A stretch of 64,000 nt of DNA from NCBI GenBank assembly GCA_028693275.1, contig JAQUVS010000001.1, positions 129,206-193,205 on the forward strand, read 5' to 3'. Below are positions 39,933 through 48,866 of this stretch, in pieces. The position numbers were made by a program, and so were the translations under genes. Origin of the DNA: Bacilli bacterium. Lineage in GTDB: Bacteria; Bacillota_I; Bacilli_A; RF39; UBA660. The notes under the pieces were generated by a model. The model was not told where the DNA came from, did no database searches, and was given only the letters and a program-made list of their open reading frames with translations. The first letter of the stretch is position 1; every line of letters begins with the position of its first letter.

Positions 39933-40775
39933 ATGGGAAAAGAGATAATTAGTGTATGCTATGAAGTTAATAAAGAATGTAATTTAAAATGTGATTATTG
40001 TATTACAAGTGATAATGAAAATAATAAAATAGATTATAAAATGATAATAAAATATATTGTATCTTTAAATCCTAAGAGAATAGTTATATCAGGAGGAGAG
40101 CCTCTATTAGATCCTGATTTAATAAAGAAGTTAGCAGTATTAAGAGAATTATGCCCAGATAGTTATATTTCTCTTAGTACTAATGGAACGGTAAAATATG
40201 ATTATAATTTAATTAATAAATATGTAGATTGTATAGATGTTAGTTTACCTAGTTTATCGTCTGATGTTTATGAGTTGATGAGAGGTAGAAATTTATTATC
40301 TAATGTAAAAGAAAATCTTGAAGATTTAAAAGAATTAGATATTGATTTAAGATTAAGTTTTATGTTAACTAGAGTTAATAAAGATGAAATATTTGACTTC
40401 TTAGCGTATGCAGAAAGTTTAAATGTAAAAGAAGTTAGAATAGGTAGATATTTTCCTTTTAGAGGTGGAAATAAGTATTCTTTTAAATATGAACTAAGTC
40501 AAGATGAAATAGATTTAGTAGTTAGTAAAATAAATAAAGAAGACTATCCTTTTAAAATAGTTTTACCTATTGGTAATTTACAATTGATGAGTGATAGTTA
40601 TCTTACTATTAATCATATGGGACAGGTTTCTACTCCTACATATGATGGTAAAAATATTTTATTAGAAATAAATGAAGATACAAATAATGATGTTGATTTG
40701 AATATAGGAAATCAAAATGATATTTTTGAGAAAGTTCTTCTTAAAAATAATTGTAAAAGAACAAATAATAAATAA
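39933..40775 (+). CDS. radical SAM domain protein (activase-like)
   Basis: CNLKCDYC CxxxCxxC cluster motif near the N-terminus and a GGEPLL SAM-binding motif. Confidence 0.7.
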   Translation: MGKEIISVCYEVNKECNLKCDYCITSDNENNKIDYKMIIKYIVSLNPKRIVISGGEPLLDPDLIKKLAVLRELCPDSYISLSTNGTVKYDYNLINKYVDCIDVSLPSLSSDVYELMRGRNLLSNVKENLEDLKELDIDLRLSFMLTRVNKDEIFDFLAYAESLNVKEVRIGRYFPFRGGNKYSFKYELSQDEIDLVVSKINKEDYPFKIVLPIGNLQLMSDSYLTINHMGQVSTPTYDGKNILLEINEDTNNDVDLNIGNQNDIFEKVLLKNNCKRTNNK

Positions 40776-40784
40776 GGAGAACAA

Positions 40785-41462
40785 ATGAAAAAAGTATTTT
40801 TATATTTATATCCAATAGAAGAGTATCAAAGAGTTTTAACTTTCTCTGATAAATACTATATAGAACATAACTTAGAAAGACCTGAAATAGTTTTAAATGA
40901 ATGTATAAAGAAAAGATATATTGATAATGGATATGAAGTGGTAATTGCTAATTATCCAGATAAAGAAGTGTTTGGTATTAATTTAGAAAATATTAGTAGA
41001 ATTATTAATACTGATGTAACTTTTAAGGAAGCTTCCGGTTATAGGGAAGATGGAAGTGAAAAACCTATAGAAGAAGTAAAATATCCAAGTGAAGAATTTC
41101 TATTAGAACAAGTAGGTAATGTGGATGAAATTGTAGTTGGTGGTTTTCATGTATATGATTGTGTAAAAAGAGTGGCAGAACATTTTTATGAAAAGGGAAT
41201 AGATACTATGGTTGATTTAGAACTTACTGATCTTTTATATACTGTGTATAGACAGTCTTATTTTAATAAAGAAATATATAATCCAGCTAATTACAAACAA
41301 TATATGATAGCTTTAGGTTTAAGATGTGGTGAAAGATTAGAAGAAATTCATGATAATCTTAATAAAAGATTTGGTTCTCCAATCTATAGATTTAATGATT
41401 ATGAACCAACTATTTCAGTGGAAGAAGTATTTAAGGATGAAAAAAGAGGGTTAAGAAGGTAG
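40785..41462 (+). CDS. hypothetical protein, possible isochorismatase-like cysteine hydrolase
   Basis: ..EIVVGGFHVYDCVKRVAEHFYEKGIDTMVDLELTD.. resembles the catalytic-Cys strand of the isochorismatase family; weak. Confidence 0.3.
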   Translation: MKKVFLYLYPIEEYQRVLTFSDKYYIEHNLERPEIVLNECIKKRYIDNGYEVVIANYPDKEVFGINLENISRIINTDVTFKEASGYREDGSEKPIEEVKYPSEEFLLEQVGNVDEIVVGGFHVYDCVKRVAEHFYEKGIDTMVDLELTDLLYTVYRQSYFNKEIYNPANYKQYMIALGLRCGERLEEIHDNLNKRFGSPIYRFNDYEPTISVEEVFKDEKRGLRR

Positions 41463-41556
41463 AAAGTATTTATTAAATCCTGTTTTCCCGACCATTTGAA
41501 ATTTAGGCCTTATTTTTCTTGAATTTTAAATTAAATGGGTAAAAAAGAATTGTATT

Positions 41557-41583
41557 ATACCGTTTGCGGTATGATATTTTTTC
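41557..41583 (+). terminator. rho-independent terminator
   Basis: ATACCGtttgCGGTAT hairpin followed by a T-run. Confidence 0.55.
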
Positions 41584-41665
41584 TAATAGATATTTCTGAA
41601 TCTGTTAATTATTAAAATGATTTTTTTATATGTATAAATGAAAATAACTGCTATAATTATAATAG

Positions 41666-43795
41666 GTGATTAGTGTGAACGATTTAAATGAATACTTTGA
41701 TGATATGTTTAAAGAAGTTGATCCAAATATACTTTTAGATGAACAGCAAAGAGAAGCTATTACTATTGATTCTGATAATCTTTTAGTTGTGGCGGGAGCA
41801 GGTAGTGGAAAGTCTACTACTATGGTAGCTAAAGTAAAATATTTAATTGATAAGTGTGGATATAAAGAATCGGAAATTGTAGTTGTCTCTTTTACAAAAA
41901 AGGTAAAAGAAGAATTATCAGAAATCATACATGATAAATTTGGACTAAAAAATGTAGCTGTAACAACTTTTCATAGCTTAGGTTTAGAAATAATTAATAA
42001 GAGCGGTGAAGATGTCGCTGATGTAGTTGATGAAAAAGGTCAATACAAAATATTTTCCAATTATATTAAAAATGTTTTATTTAAGGATAAAGAAAAATTT
42101 AGTTTATTGAATGATGCTTTTTCTAAATATTTAAATTTTGGTGATCAATGGATGTCTTTTGATGATTTTGATACATATCATACTAAAAGTTTTGTTGATA
42201 AATTTAATAAATCAGAAGAAAGTATTAAAGTGTATATTGAAAATCAGATTCTAAGAAGAAGACAATATAAAAAGACAATTAATGGAGAATATACAGCATC
42301 CAAAGAAGAAGTAGATATAGCAAATCTTCTTTATATAAATGGAATAGATTATAATTATGAGCTGAAGTTAAATAATGGATATAAAAAGGGAAGGGGATAT
42401 CATCCTGATTTTTATATTCATCAATTAGAAAAAGAAAATTATATAGAACATTTTGGGGTTGACCAAGATGGAAGTAATTCTATGTATAGTGAAAGCGAAT
42501 TAAAAAATTATTTGTCTATTTTAAAAATTAAGGATAAGTATATTAATAGTTATGAAAACAGAAATAAATTTATTGTTACCTATTCTAGGTATGATAATGG
42601 AAAAACATATTTAACAGATTTAATTGATCAACTTAAGCATAATGGTTATGTTCCACACAAAAGATCAGATGAAGAAATATTTGCTAAATTAATGGATACA
42701 GGTACAGATTATTATTTTTCAGTTTTCGTTGATAAAATTTTGGTACCTGTAATATCAATGTATAAGCAAAGTGGATATTCATATAGAGATTATGATTCAT
42801 TAATAGAGTCAAATGATGGTAATTTGAAAAATCAATTAATAGTTTTAAAAATGTTTCACGAATATTATGAGAAAGAACTTAGTAATAAACATTTAATAGA
42901 TTTTGAAGACATGATTTTAAAGGCATATACTTTAATGCCGATTATTAAAGAAAAGGATTTGGGTGTAGATTATAAGTACTTGATAATAGATGAATATCAA
43001 GATATTTCGAATCAAAGATTAAACTTAGTTAAGAGGCTAGTTGATTTATTTGATGCTAAAGTAATGGCTGTTGGTGATGATTGGCAAACAATATTTGGAT
43101 ATGCAGGTTCTAGAATAGATTTATTTAAAAATTTTTCAAAAGAACTTCCGAATTCAGATCAAGTAGCTATAGAACATACTTATAGAAATAGCCAAGAATT
43201 AATAGATATAGCTGGAGAGTTTGTACTTAAGAATCCTTATCAAATTAAGAAACATTTGATATCTGATAAACATACTATCAATCCTGTTGAAATTATTTTT
43301 TATGATGATGAAGAAAAAGAAAAGGTAAATGGTAATAGAGCTAAATATGTAGACGCAATTCTTGGTAATTTAAGTAAAATAAATCCAAATTGTTCTGTAT
43401 TACTATTAGGTAGGTATCAAAAAGATATATACAAAATAGATGATAAAAAGTACTTTAATATAATGGGTTCAAAAATAAAATCTGTTAATTATGAAAATAT
43501 TGATTTGGAATTTTTAACTATTCATAAGGCAAAGGGATTGGGAAGAGACTATGCGATTTTATTAGATCTTAATGATGATAAATATGGTTTTCCAAGTAAG
43601 ATAGATGATTTACCTATAATAAAGTTAATAAGACCTAAAATAGAAGAAAGTATAGATTTTCCTGAAGAGAGAAGGCTTTTCTATGTTGCTTTAACTAGAA
43701 CAAAGAATAAAATTTATATCTTAGTTCCTAAATGTAAAGAATCAGAGTTTTCTATAGAAATAAAAAAATTCCATAATGTGCGTATATTAAAATAG
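41666..43795 (+). CDS. UvrD/PcrA/Rep-family SF1 DNA helicase
   Basis: Helicase motif I AGAGSGKST, DEYQD (II), GDDWQTIFGYAG (III), TIHKAKGL, and C-terminal LFYVALTR. The start may be GTG 41675. Confidence 0.85.
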   Translation: MISVNDLNEYFDDMFKEVDPNILLDEQQREAITIDSDNLLVVAGAGSGKSTTMVAKVKYLIDKCGYKESEIVVVSFTKKVKEELSEIIHDKFGLKNVAVTTFHSLGLEIINKSGEDVADVVDEKGQYKIFSNYIKNVLFKDKEKFSLLNDAFSKYLNFGDQWMSFDDFDTYHTKSFVDKFNKSEESIKVYIENQILRRRQYKKTINGEYTASKEEVDIANLLYINGIDYNYELKLNNGYKKGRGYHPDFYIHQLEKENYIEHFGVDQDGSNSMYSESELKNYLSILKIKDKYINSYENRNKFIVTYSRYDNGKTYLTDLIDQLKHNGYVPHKRSDEEIFAKLMDTGTDYYFSVFVDKILVPVISMYKQSGYSYRDYDSLIESNDGNLKNQLIVLKMFHEYYEKELSNKHLIDFEDMILKAYTLMPIIKEKDLGVDYKYLIIDEYQDISNQRLNLVKRLVDLFDAKVMAVGDDWQTIFGYAGSRIDLFKNFSKELPNSDQVAIEHTYRNSQELIDIAGEFVLKNPYQIKKHLISDKHTINPVEIIFYDDEEKEKVNGNRAKYVDAILGNLSKINPNCSVLLLGRYQKDIYKIDDKKYFNIMGSKIKSVNYENIDLEFLTIHKAKGLGRDYAILLDLNDDKYGFPSKIDDLPIIKLIRPKIEESIDFPEERRLFYVALTRTKNKIYILVPKCKESEFSIEIKKFHNVRILK

Positions 43796-43826
43796 TGGTA
43801 TAATTAATATAATTTGGAGGTTATTT

Positions 43827-44216
43827 ATGAAAAATGTTGAAGTTGTAGCAGCAGTAATACAGGACGGTAATAAAATTTTAGCTACTAGAAGAGGCTATGG
43901 TGATTTTATCGGTATGTGGGAATTTCCTGGTGGAAAAATTGAAGAAAATGAGACTCGCGAAGTAGCCTTAATAAGGGAAATTAAGGAAGAATTAGATGCG
44001 GATATTGAAGTAGGAAAATTTTTAACAACCGTAGAATATGATTATCCAAAATTTCATTTAATGATGCATTGTTATTTATGTCATTTAAAGGAAAGTAAGA
44101 TAACTCTCGTAGAACACAGTGATGCTAAGTGGCTAGAAAGTGATGAGTTATCATCGATTGATTGGTTGCCAGCGGATATAGAAGTAGTAGATAAAATCAA
44201 AAAATTAGTAAGGTAG
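43827..44216 (+). CDS. NUDIX hydrolase (MutT-like)
   Basis: Nudix box GGKIEENETREVALIREIKEELDA. Confidence 0.85.
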   Translation: MKNVEVVAAVIQDGNKILATRRGYGDFIGMWEFPGGKIEENETREVALIREIKEELDADIEVGKFLTTVEYDYPKFHLMMHCYLCHLKESKITLVEHSDAKWLESDELSSIDWLPADIEVVDKIKKLVR

Positions 44217-44223
44217 GTATATT

Positions 44224-47007
44224 ATGGAAATGAATACAGCAGTAACAAAATCGCTATTTGATAAAGAAGTTGATTCTTTAGTTTATAATCCTAATATAGT
44301 TATAAATGAAAATAGTAAAAATATTAAAGAAAAAATTCAAGAGCTATTACAATCATCAAGTAGAGTTGATATTGCTGTTAGTTATGTTGTATGGTCAGGG
44401 CTCTCTTTAATATATGATGATTTAAAGAAGTTTGATTCTAATAGTAGGTTATTATTAACTACAGAAGGTATGGTTACGGATCCTAGATCACTACAAAAAT
44501 TAAGTGAGTTAAATATGCAGGTAAAAGTTTACGTACCTTTTAATGGTGCAAAAGGATTCCATTTAAAGACATATCTATTTGAAAATGAATCCAAAAGAAC
44601 TTTATTAATTGGAAGTTCTAATATATCATCTAGGGCATTCGGTTTAGTTCATGAAATGGCTGTAGAAATTGATGCTGACAGTAAAGGTTATATAGTAGAA
44701 AAATACAATGAAGTATTTGAACAATTATGGGAAGATGAGTATTCTGAATTCTTGTCAGAACAATATATTGAAGGATATAAAATTCTTTATAAAGAATATA
44801 AAAAAATGAAAAAAGATATTGAAAACATAGTTGAAGATAGCGGTTTAATTAAACCTAATTATATGCAGGAAAAAGCATTGAAGTCACTGGAAGATTGTAG
44901 AGAGACAACTGATAGAGGATTAGTTATTGCAGCTACTGGAACAGGTAAAACGTATTTATCAGCATTTGATGTAAAAAATAGTAAATATAGAAAGGTTCTC
45001 TTCTTGGTTCACAATAGGCTCATTCTCACATCAGCAATTAAAACATTTAAAAAAGTATTTAATGATAAAAGTATGCTAGAATTAACATCTAATAATGTTG
45101 AAGAAGTTTATACTTCAGATTTTATATTTACTACTGACAAAACAGCATATAATTGTTTATTTAATAAAATTCCAAAAGATTATTTTGAATATATAATATA
45201 TGATGAAGCTCATAAAATTGGTTTAGAAACAAAATATAGTGAGTTGCTAGAATATTTTACTCCTAAGTTTACTTTAGGAATAACTGCAACTCCAGAAAGA
45301 ACAGATAATCCAGATTATTTATTTAAAACATTTAAGTACAGTATTCCTTATGAAATTAGATTACTTGAAGCAATGAAATATGAACTGGTTTGTCCGTTTA
45401 CTTATTATGGATTAACGCTTAAAGAAAATTTATTAAAAGCAAACGAAGAATATGATTATGCTGAATTAGCAAAATATTTGAAAAAAGTAATTGCTGAAAA
45501 AGGTCATTACGGAGAAAAATTAAAGTGTCTAATTTTTTGCTCATCAATTAATGAAGCAAAATCAACATCTGAAGAACTTAGTAAAATAGGATTTAAATCA
45601 GTTGCTTCGGTAAGCTCAGAATCAGGAAATGATAGAGATTCAACTGAGCAGTATATTAATGATTTAAAATCTGATATTGATGGTACTTTAGAAATTATTT
45701 GTACAGTAAATAAATTTAATGAAGGAATTGATATTCCTGATATAAATACAATTATTATGCTTAGAAATACAGTATCATCAATAATTTACTTGCAGCAATT
45801 AGGGCGCGGTCTAAGAAAAACAAATGATCAGCATAAGTATGTGACAATATTTGATATAATTGGCAATTCAAAAAATAATTATTCAATTGCTCAAGTATTA
45901 ACAGGTAATACTACAGTTGATAAAAGAAATCTATATAGATATGCAAACGAAGAGTTTCAAACTGTTTCTCCTTTTATAAATGTACAGATAGAAAAAGAAG
46001 CAATGGAAAATATAATTAAATCAATTTCCAATAATTTTACTGTTAAAACAAAAATTAAAGAAAAGTTTAGAGATGAATTATTTAGATTTAAAGAAATACC
46101 TACTTTACTTGAACTTTATATAAATCCTAATTTTAAAGAGTTAGATTTGTTACAATTGTTATTTAGAAATTTCTATGACCCATTTGAAGAATATTATTAT
46201 ACAAAATATTTTATAGAAAAGTCTAACAAGTTTATTAATGATTTTTTTACTCTTATTTCTCAATTTGTATTTAGGGGATATGATAATAAAACATTAAAAG
46301 ATTATGTGAAAATTTTGAAGGGTGAAAAAGTAAAAAATGAAATTTTAGAAAAAGTACTACTTTCAACTGAAATTACAAATGGAATATCAACTTTTATCTT
46401 TAGTGATTATTATAAAGCGACAAAAAATAATCCAAAAGTTTTTGTTATCAGTGATAATTATTTAACTCTTAATGATGAAATATATAAAGAATTAGAAAAA
46501 AATAATGCAATGAAGTTATTTGAAGAACATATCGAACTTTTCGAATATTTAAGTAATCAAATTGAATATCAGATGAAACCATTTGATTTAGTTGACAAAG
46601 GTGAATTTTTATTTAATTCTGGAAGTAAAGATTGCTATATGAATGTTGTTGGTGAAAGAATTGATAAAGATAGAAAAACAGTGTACTGTACTATTAACAT
46701 AACAAGAAAAGATTCATTCTATGATAATTACATTATTGATGATCATAAATTTGTTTATTATACGCAAGGTTCATCGACTGAAGTAAAAGCAAAAGAGAAA
46801 ATTGATATGTTTATAAAAGATAATTACAAATTTAATGTGTGTGCAAAATTTCCACATTTGGGTTATACGAATACCGTATATTTTAATTTAGGCGAAGTGG
46901 ATATATCAAAAATATCTGATGTTATCGAAACTGAAAAAGGCAAGTTTAATCATGAAATTGAATTTGAATTAAAAGATAAATTTCCAATCGAATTATTACA
47001 ATATTGA
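44224..47007 (+). CDS. PLD-family nuclease domain, SF2 (DEAH-like) helicase and DUF3427 C-terminal domain fusion
   Basis: N-terminal HKD motif GFHLKTYLF..LLIGSSNIS. SF2 motifs GLVIAATGTGKT and IYDEAHK, plus helicase C-terminal QQLGRGLR. The ~300-aa C-terminal domain is DUF3427-like. Confidence 0.75.
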   Translation: MEMNTAVTKSLFDKEVDSLVYNPNIVINENSKNIKEKIQELLQSSSRVDIAVSYVVWSGLSLIYDDLKKFDSNSRLLLTTEGMVTDPRSLQKLSELNMQVKVYVPFNGAKGFHLKTYLFENESKRTLLIGSSNISSRAFGLVHEMAVEIDADSKGYIVEKYNEVFEQLWEDEYSEFLSEQYIEGYKILYKEYKKMKKDIENIVEDSGLIKPNYMQEKALKSLEDCRETTDRGLVIAATGTGKTYLSAFDVKNSKYRKVLFLVHNRLILTSAIKTFKKVFNDKSMLELTSNNVEEVYTSDFIFTTDKTAYNCLFNKIPKDYFEYIIYDEAHKIGLETKYSELLEYFTPKFTLGITATPERTDNPDYLFKTFKYSIPYEIRLLEAMKYELVCPFTYYGLTLKENLLKANEEYDYAELAKYLKKVIAEKGHYGEKLKCLIFCSSINEAKSTSEELSKIGFKSVASVSSESGNDRDSTEQYINDLKSDIDGTLEIICTVNKFNEGIDIPDINTIIMLRNTVSSIIYLQQLGRGLRKTNDQHKYVTIFDIIGNSKNNYSIAQVLTGNTTVDKRNLYRYANEEFQTVSPFINVQIEKEAMENIIKSISNNFTVKTKIKEKFRDELFRFKEIPTLLELYINPNFKELDLLQLLFRNFYDPFEEYYYTKYFIEKSNKFINDFFTLISQFVFRGYDNKTLKDYVKILKGEKVKNEILEKVLLSTEITNGISTFIFSDYYKATKNNPKVFVISDNYLTLNDEIYKELEKNNAMKLFEEHIELFEYLSNQIEYQMKPFDLVDKGEFLFNSGSKDCYMNVVGERIDKDRKTVYCTINITRKDSFYDNYIIDDHKFVYYTQGSSTEVKAKEKIDMFIKDNYKFNVCAKFPHLGYTNTVYFNLGEVDISKISDVIETEKGKFNHEIEFELKDKFPIELLQY

Positions 47008-47032
47008 ATTTAAACATATTATAAATCTATTA

Positions 47033-47058
47033 ATCACTAGAAATAGTGATTTTTATTT
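47033..47058 (+). terminator. terminator fused to the downstream promoter
   Basis: ATCACTAgaaaTAGTGAT hairpin plus T-run, followed by TATAAT at 47066-47071 and RBS AGAGGTG at 47078-47084. Confidence 0.6.
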
Positions 47059-47090
47059 TATAATGATATAATTGATATAGAGGTGTTTAT

Positions 47091-47561
47091 ATGTCTAAGA
47101 TAAGTAATATTTTAAATATGATTCAGTTACTAAGTAGTGGAAGAAAATATAGTATTAAAGAGTTATCGGATAAGTTAGAAGTAACTCCTAGACAAATTAG
47201 AACTTATAAAGAAGAATTAGAACTTGCAGGTATATATATTGATTCAATTAAAGGACCATATGGAGGATATATTTTAAATCAAAATATAAATGTTCCTAAA
47301 AGGTTTATTACTCCTAGAGATATTAAAGGGTTAGATCAATATAATTATAAAGAAATTAATAGGGCTATAAAAGAAAAAAAGAAATGTTATATTGAGTATT
47401 ATGCTAGGGATAAATCTATTTCAAATAGGATAATAGAACCTTATGATTTAATTTTATTTGGAGATCTGTGGGGTGTTGCTGCTTATTGTGAATTGAAACA
47501 AGAAATAAGAAATTTTTATTTAAATAGAATTAAAAGTATTAAAATTTTAGATAATAAATAA
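47091..47561 (+). CDS. short HTH-WYL domain transcriptional regulator (BrxR/CapW-like, lacking WCX)
   Basis: N-terminal wHTH (LNMIQLLSSGRKYSIKELSDKLEVTPRQIRTYKEEL) followed by a WYL-type motif ..RIIEPYDLILFGDLWGVAAYCELKQEIRNFYLNRIKSI. Confidence 0.65.
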   Translation: MSKISNILNMIQLLSSGRKYSIKELSDKLEVTPRQIRTYKEELELAGIYIDSIKGPYGGYILNQNINVPKRFITPRDIKGLDQYNYKEINRAIKEKKKCYIEYYARDKSISNRIIEPYDLILFGDLWGVAAYCELKQEIRNFYLNRIKSIKILDNK

Positions 47562-47615
47562 AGTGACATCAATAGTTCCTATATAGAAGATATAATTATT
47601 TATAGGAGTGGTGTT

Positions 47616-48227
47616 ATGAATAAAGTTTTTTATGTTACAGGTAATTATGGAAAATATGTTTCTGTAAGGGATTCTTTTGATGGGGAAGATATTGAAATAG
47701 ATTTTTTAAATCTTGATTTTAATGAACCTGATGTTAATGATATAGAATATGTATCTAAATCTAAAGTAATGGAAGCTTATGAAAAATTAGGTGAGCCTTG
47801 CTTTGTTATTGATAGTGGTTTTTATATTAATAGTTATCCCAATAATCCAGGTTATCCTGGAGCTTTTGTTAAAAGAAGTGGTATAAGTTCAGATGTTAAT
47901 AATTTACTTTCTGTTATGAGGAATATTAACGATAGAAGTTGTTATTTTTTAGATTGTTTAACTTTTTATGATGGAGAAAATTTATATACTTTTTTTGGTA
48001 AGTGTAGTGGTAATCTTTCTTATGATGTTAGAGGTAGTTATTTAGAAAAAGCTTGGTCAAATTTATGGAGAGTATTTATTCCTAATAACTGTGATAAGTC
48101 TTTATCTGAAATGAATGATTTAGAAAGAAAAAATAGAGACGATGGTAGAACTTCTGCTATTGGTAATTTTATAGAGTGGTATAAAAATGATTATCATAAT
48201 ATAAATGTTCTTAAAAAGACTTTATAA
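47616..48227 (+). CDS. Ham1/RdgB-family non-canonical purine NTP pyrophosphatase-like protein
   Basis: VTGNYGK (like ATGNxGK), CFVIDSGFYINSYPNNPGYPGAF (like DDSGLxVxALxGxPGxYSAR) and C-terminal DDGRTSAIG (like SHRGxA). Confidence 0.6.
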   Translation: MNKVFYVTGNYGKYVSVRDSFDGEDIEIDFLNLDFNEPDVNDIEYVSKSKVMEAYEKLGEPCFVIDSGFYINSYPNNPGYPGAFVKRSGISSDVNNLLSVMRNINDRSCYFLDCLTFYDGENLYTFFGKCSGNLSYDVRGSYLEKAWSNLWRVFIPNNCDKSLSEMNDLERKNRDDGRTSAIGNFIEWYKNDYHNINVLKKTL

Positions 48228-48273
48228 AAATCATATATAGTGGTATAATACACATTAATTTAGGGGGATATAT

Positions 48274-48852
48274 ATGAAAATATTATTAGGAAGTAATAAT
48301 GAAAGTAAGAAAAAATCATTAGAAAGAGCTTTATACGAACTTGAAATAAAAGATTATGAAATAATTAATTTTGATGTAGACAGTGAAACTAATAGTAAGC
48401 CTATTGGATTTGAAATTCTTAGGGGAGCAGAAAATAGAAATAAGAATTTAAAGGCTATAGCAATATTCAAAGAAATTGAATATGATTACTTATGTTCTAT
48501 CGAAGGGGGATTTGAAGTAGATCAAAATGGATTACCAAGTGTTGTTACTTATTGTATTATTGAAGATAAGGACGGTAATATGTTTACAGGTAAATCTTTT
48601 AATATAAGGATTACTAAAGCAATGTTTGAATTTACTAAAAAGGGTGGTTCTTTAAATAGTGTTATTAAAGATATTGTTAAGGATCATACTAAAACTAAAG
48701 GTGGAATAATCGGTTATCTATCTGATGGCTTATATAATAGGGATGATATGGATAGTGGTTCAGTTGTTTCTGCTTTTATACCAATTGTTTATAAAGAACA
48801 AAGAAGTTTATTAGATGAAAAAGTAAAGTCTTTATTAAATAAGAAAAACTAA
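48274..48852 (+). CDS. YjjX-family inosine/xanthosine triphosphatase-like protein
   Basis: LLGSNNESK, GAENRNKN and GGIIGYLSDGLYNRDDMDSGSVVSAF align to YjjX blocks (TTNPAK, GARNR, GAIGxFTxGxLTR). Confidence 0.55.
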   Translation: MKILLGSNNESKKKSLERALYELEIKDYEIINFDVDSETNSKPIGFEILRGAENRNKNLKAIAIFKEIEYDYLCSIEGGFEVDQNGLPSVVTYCIIEDKDGNMFTGKSFNIRITKAMFEFTKKGGSLNSVIKDIVKDHTKTKGGIIGYLSDGLYNRDDMDSGSVVSAFIPIVYKEQRSLLDEKVKSLLNKKN

Positions 48853-48866
48853 TATGAGGTGATTTT

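Noticed and set aside
41940-42700. Apparent nuclease-like insertion (..GYHPDFYI..IEHFG..) in the UvrD-like helicase
   Set aside because: The segment falls where SF1 helicases carry their normal 1B/2B accessory domains, and total length (709 aa) is normal for UvrD/PcrA. Without an alignment I cannot claim an extra domain.
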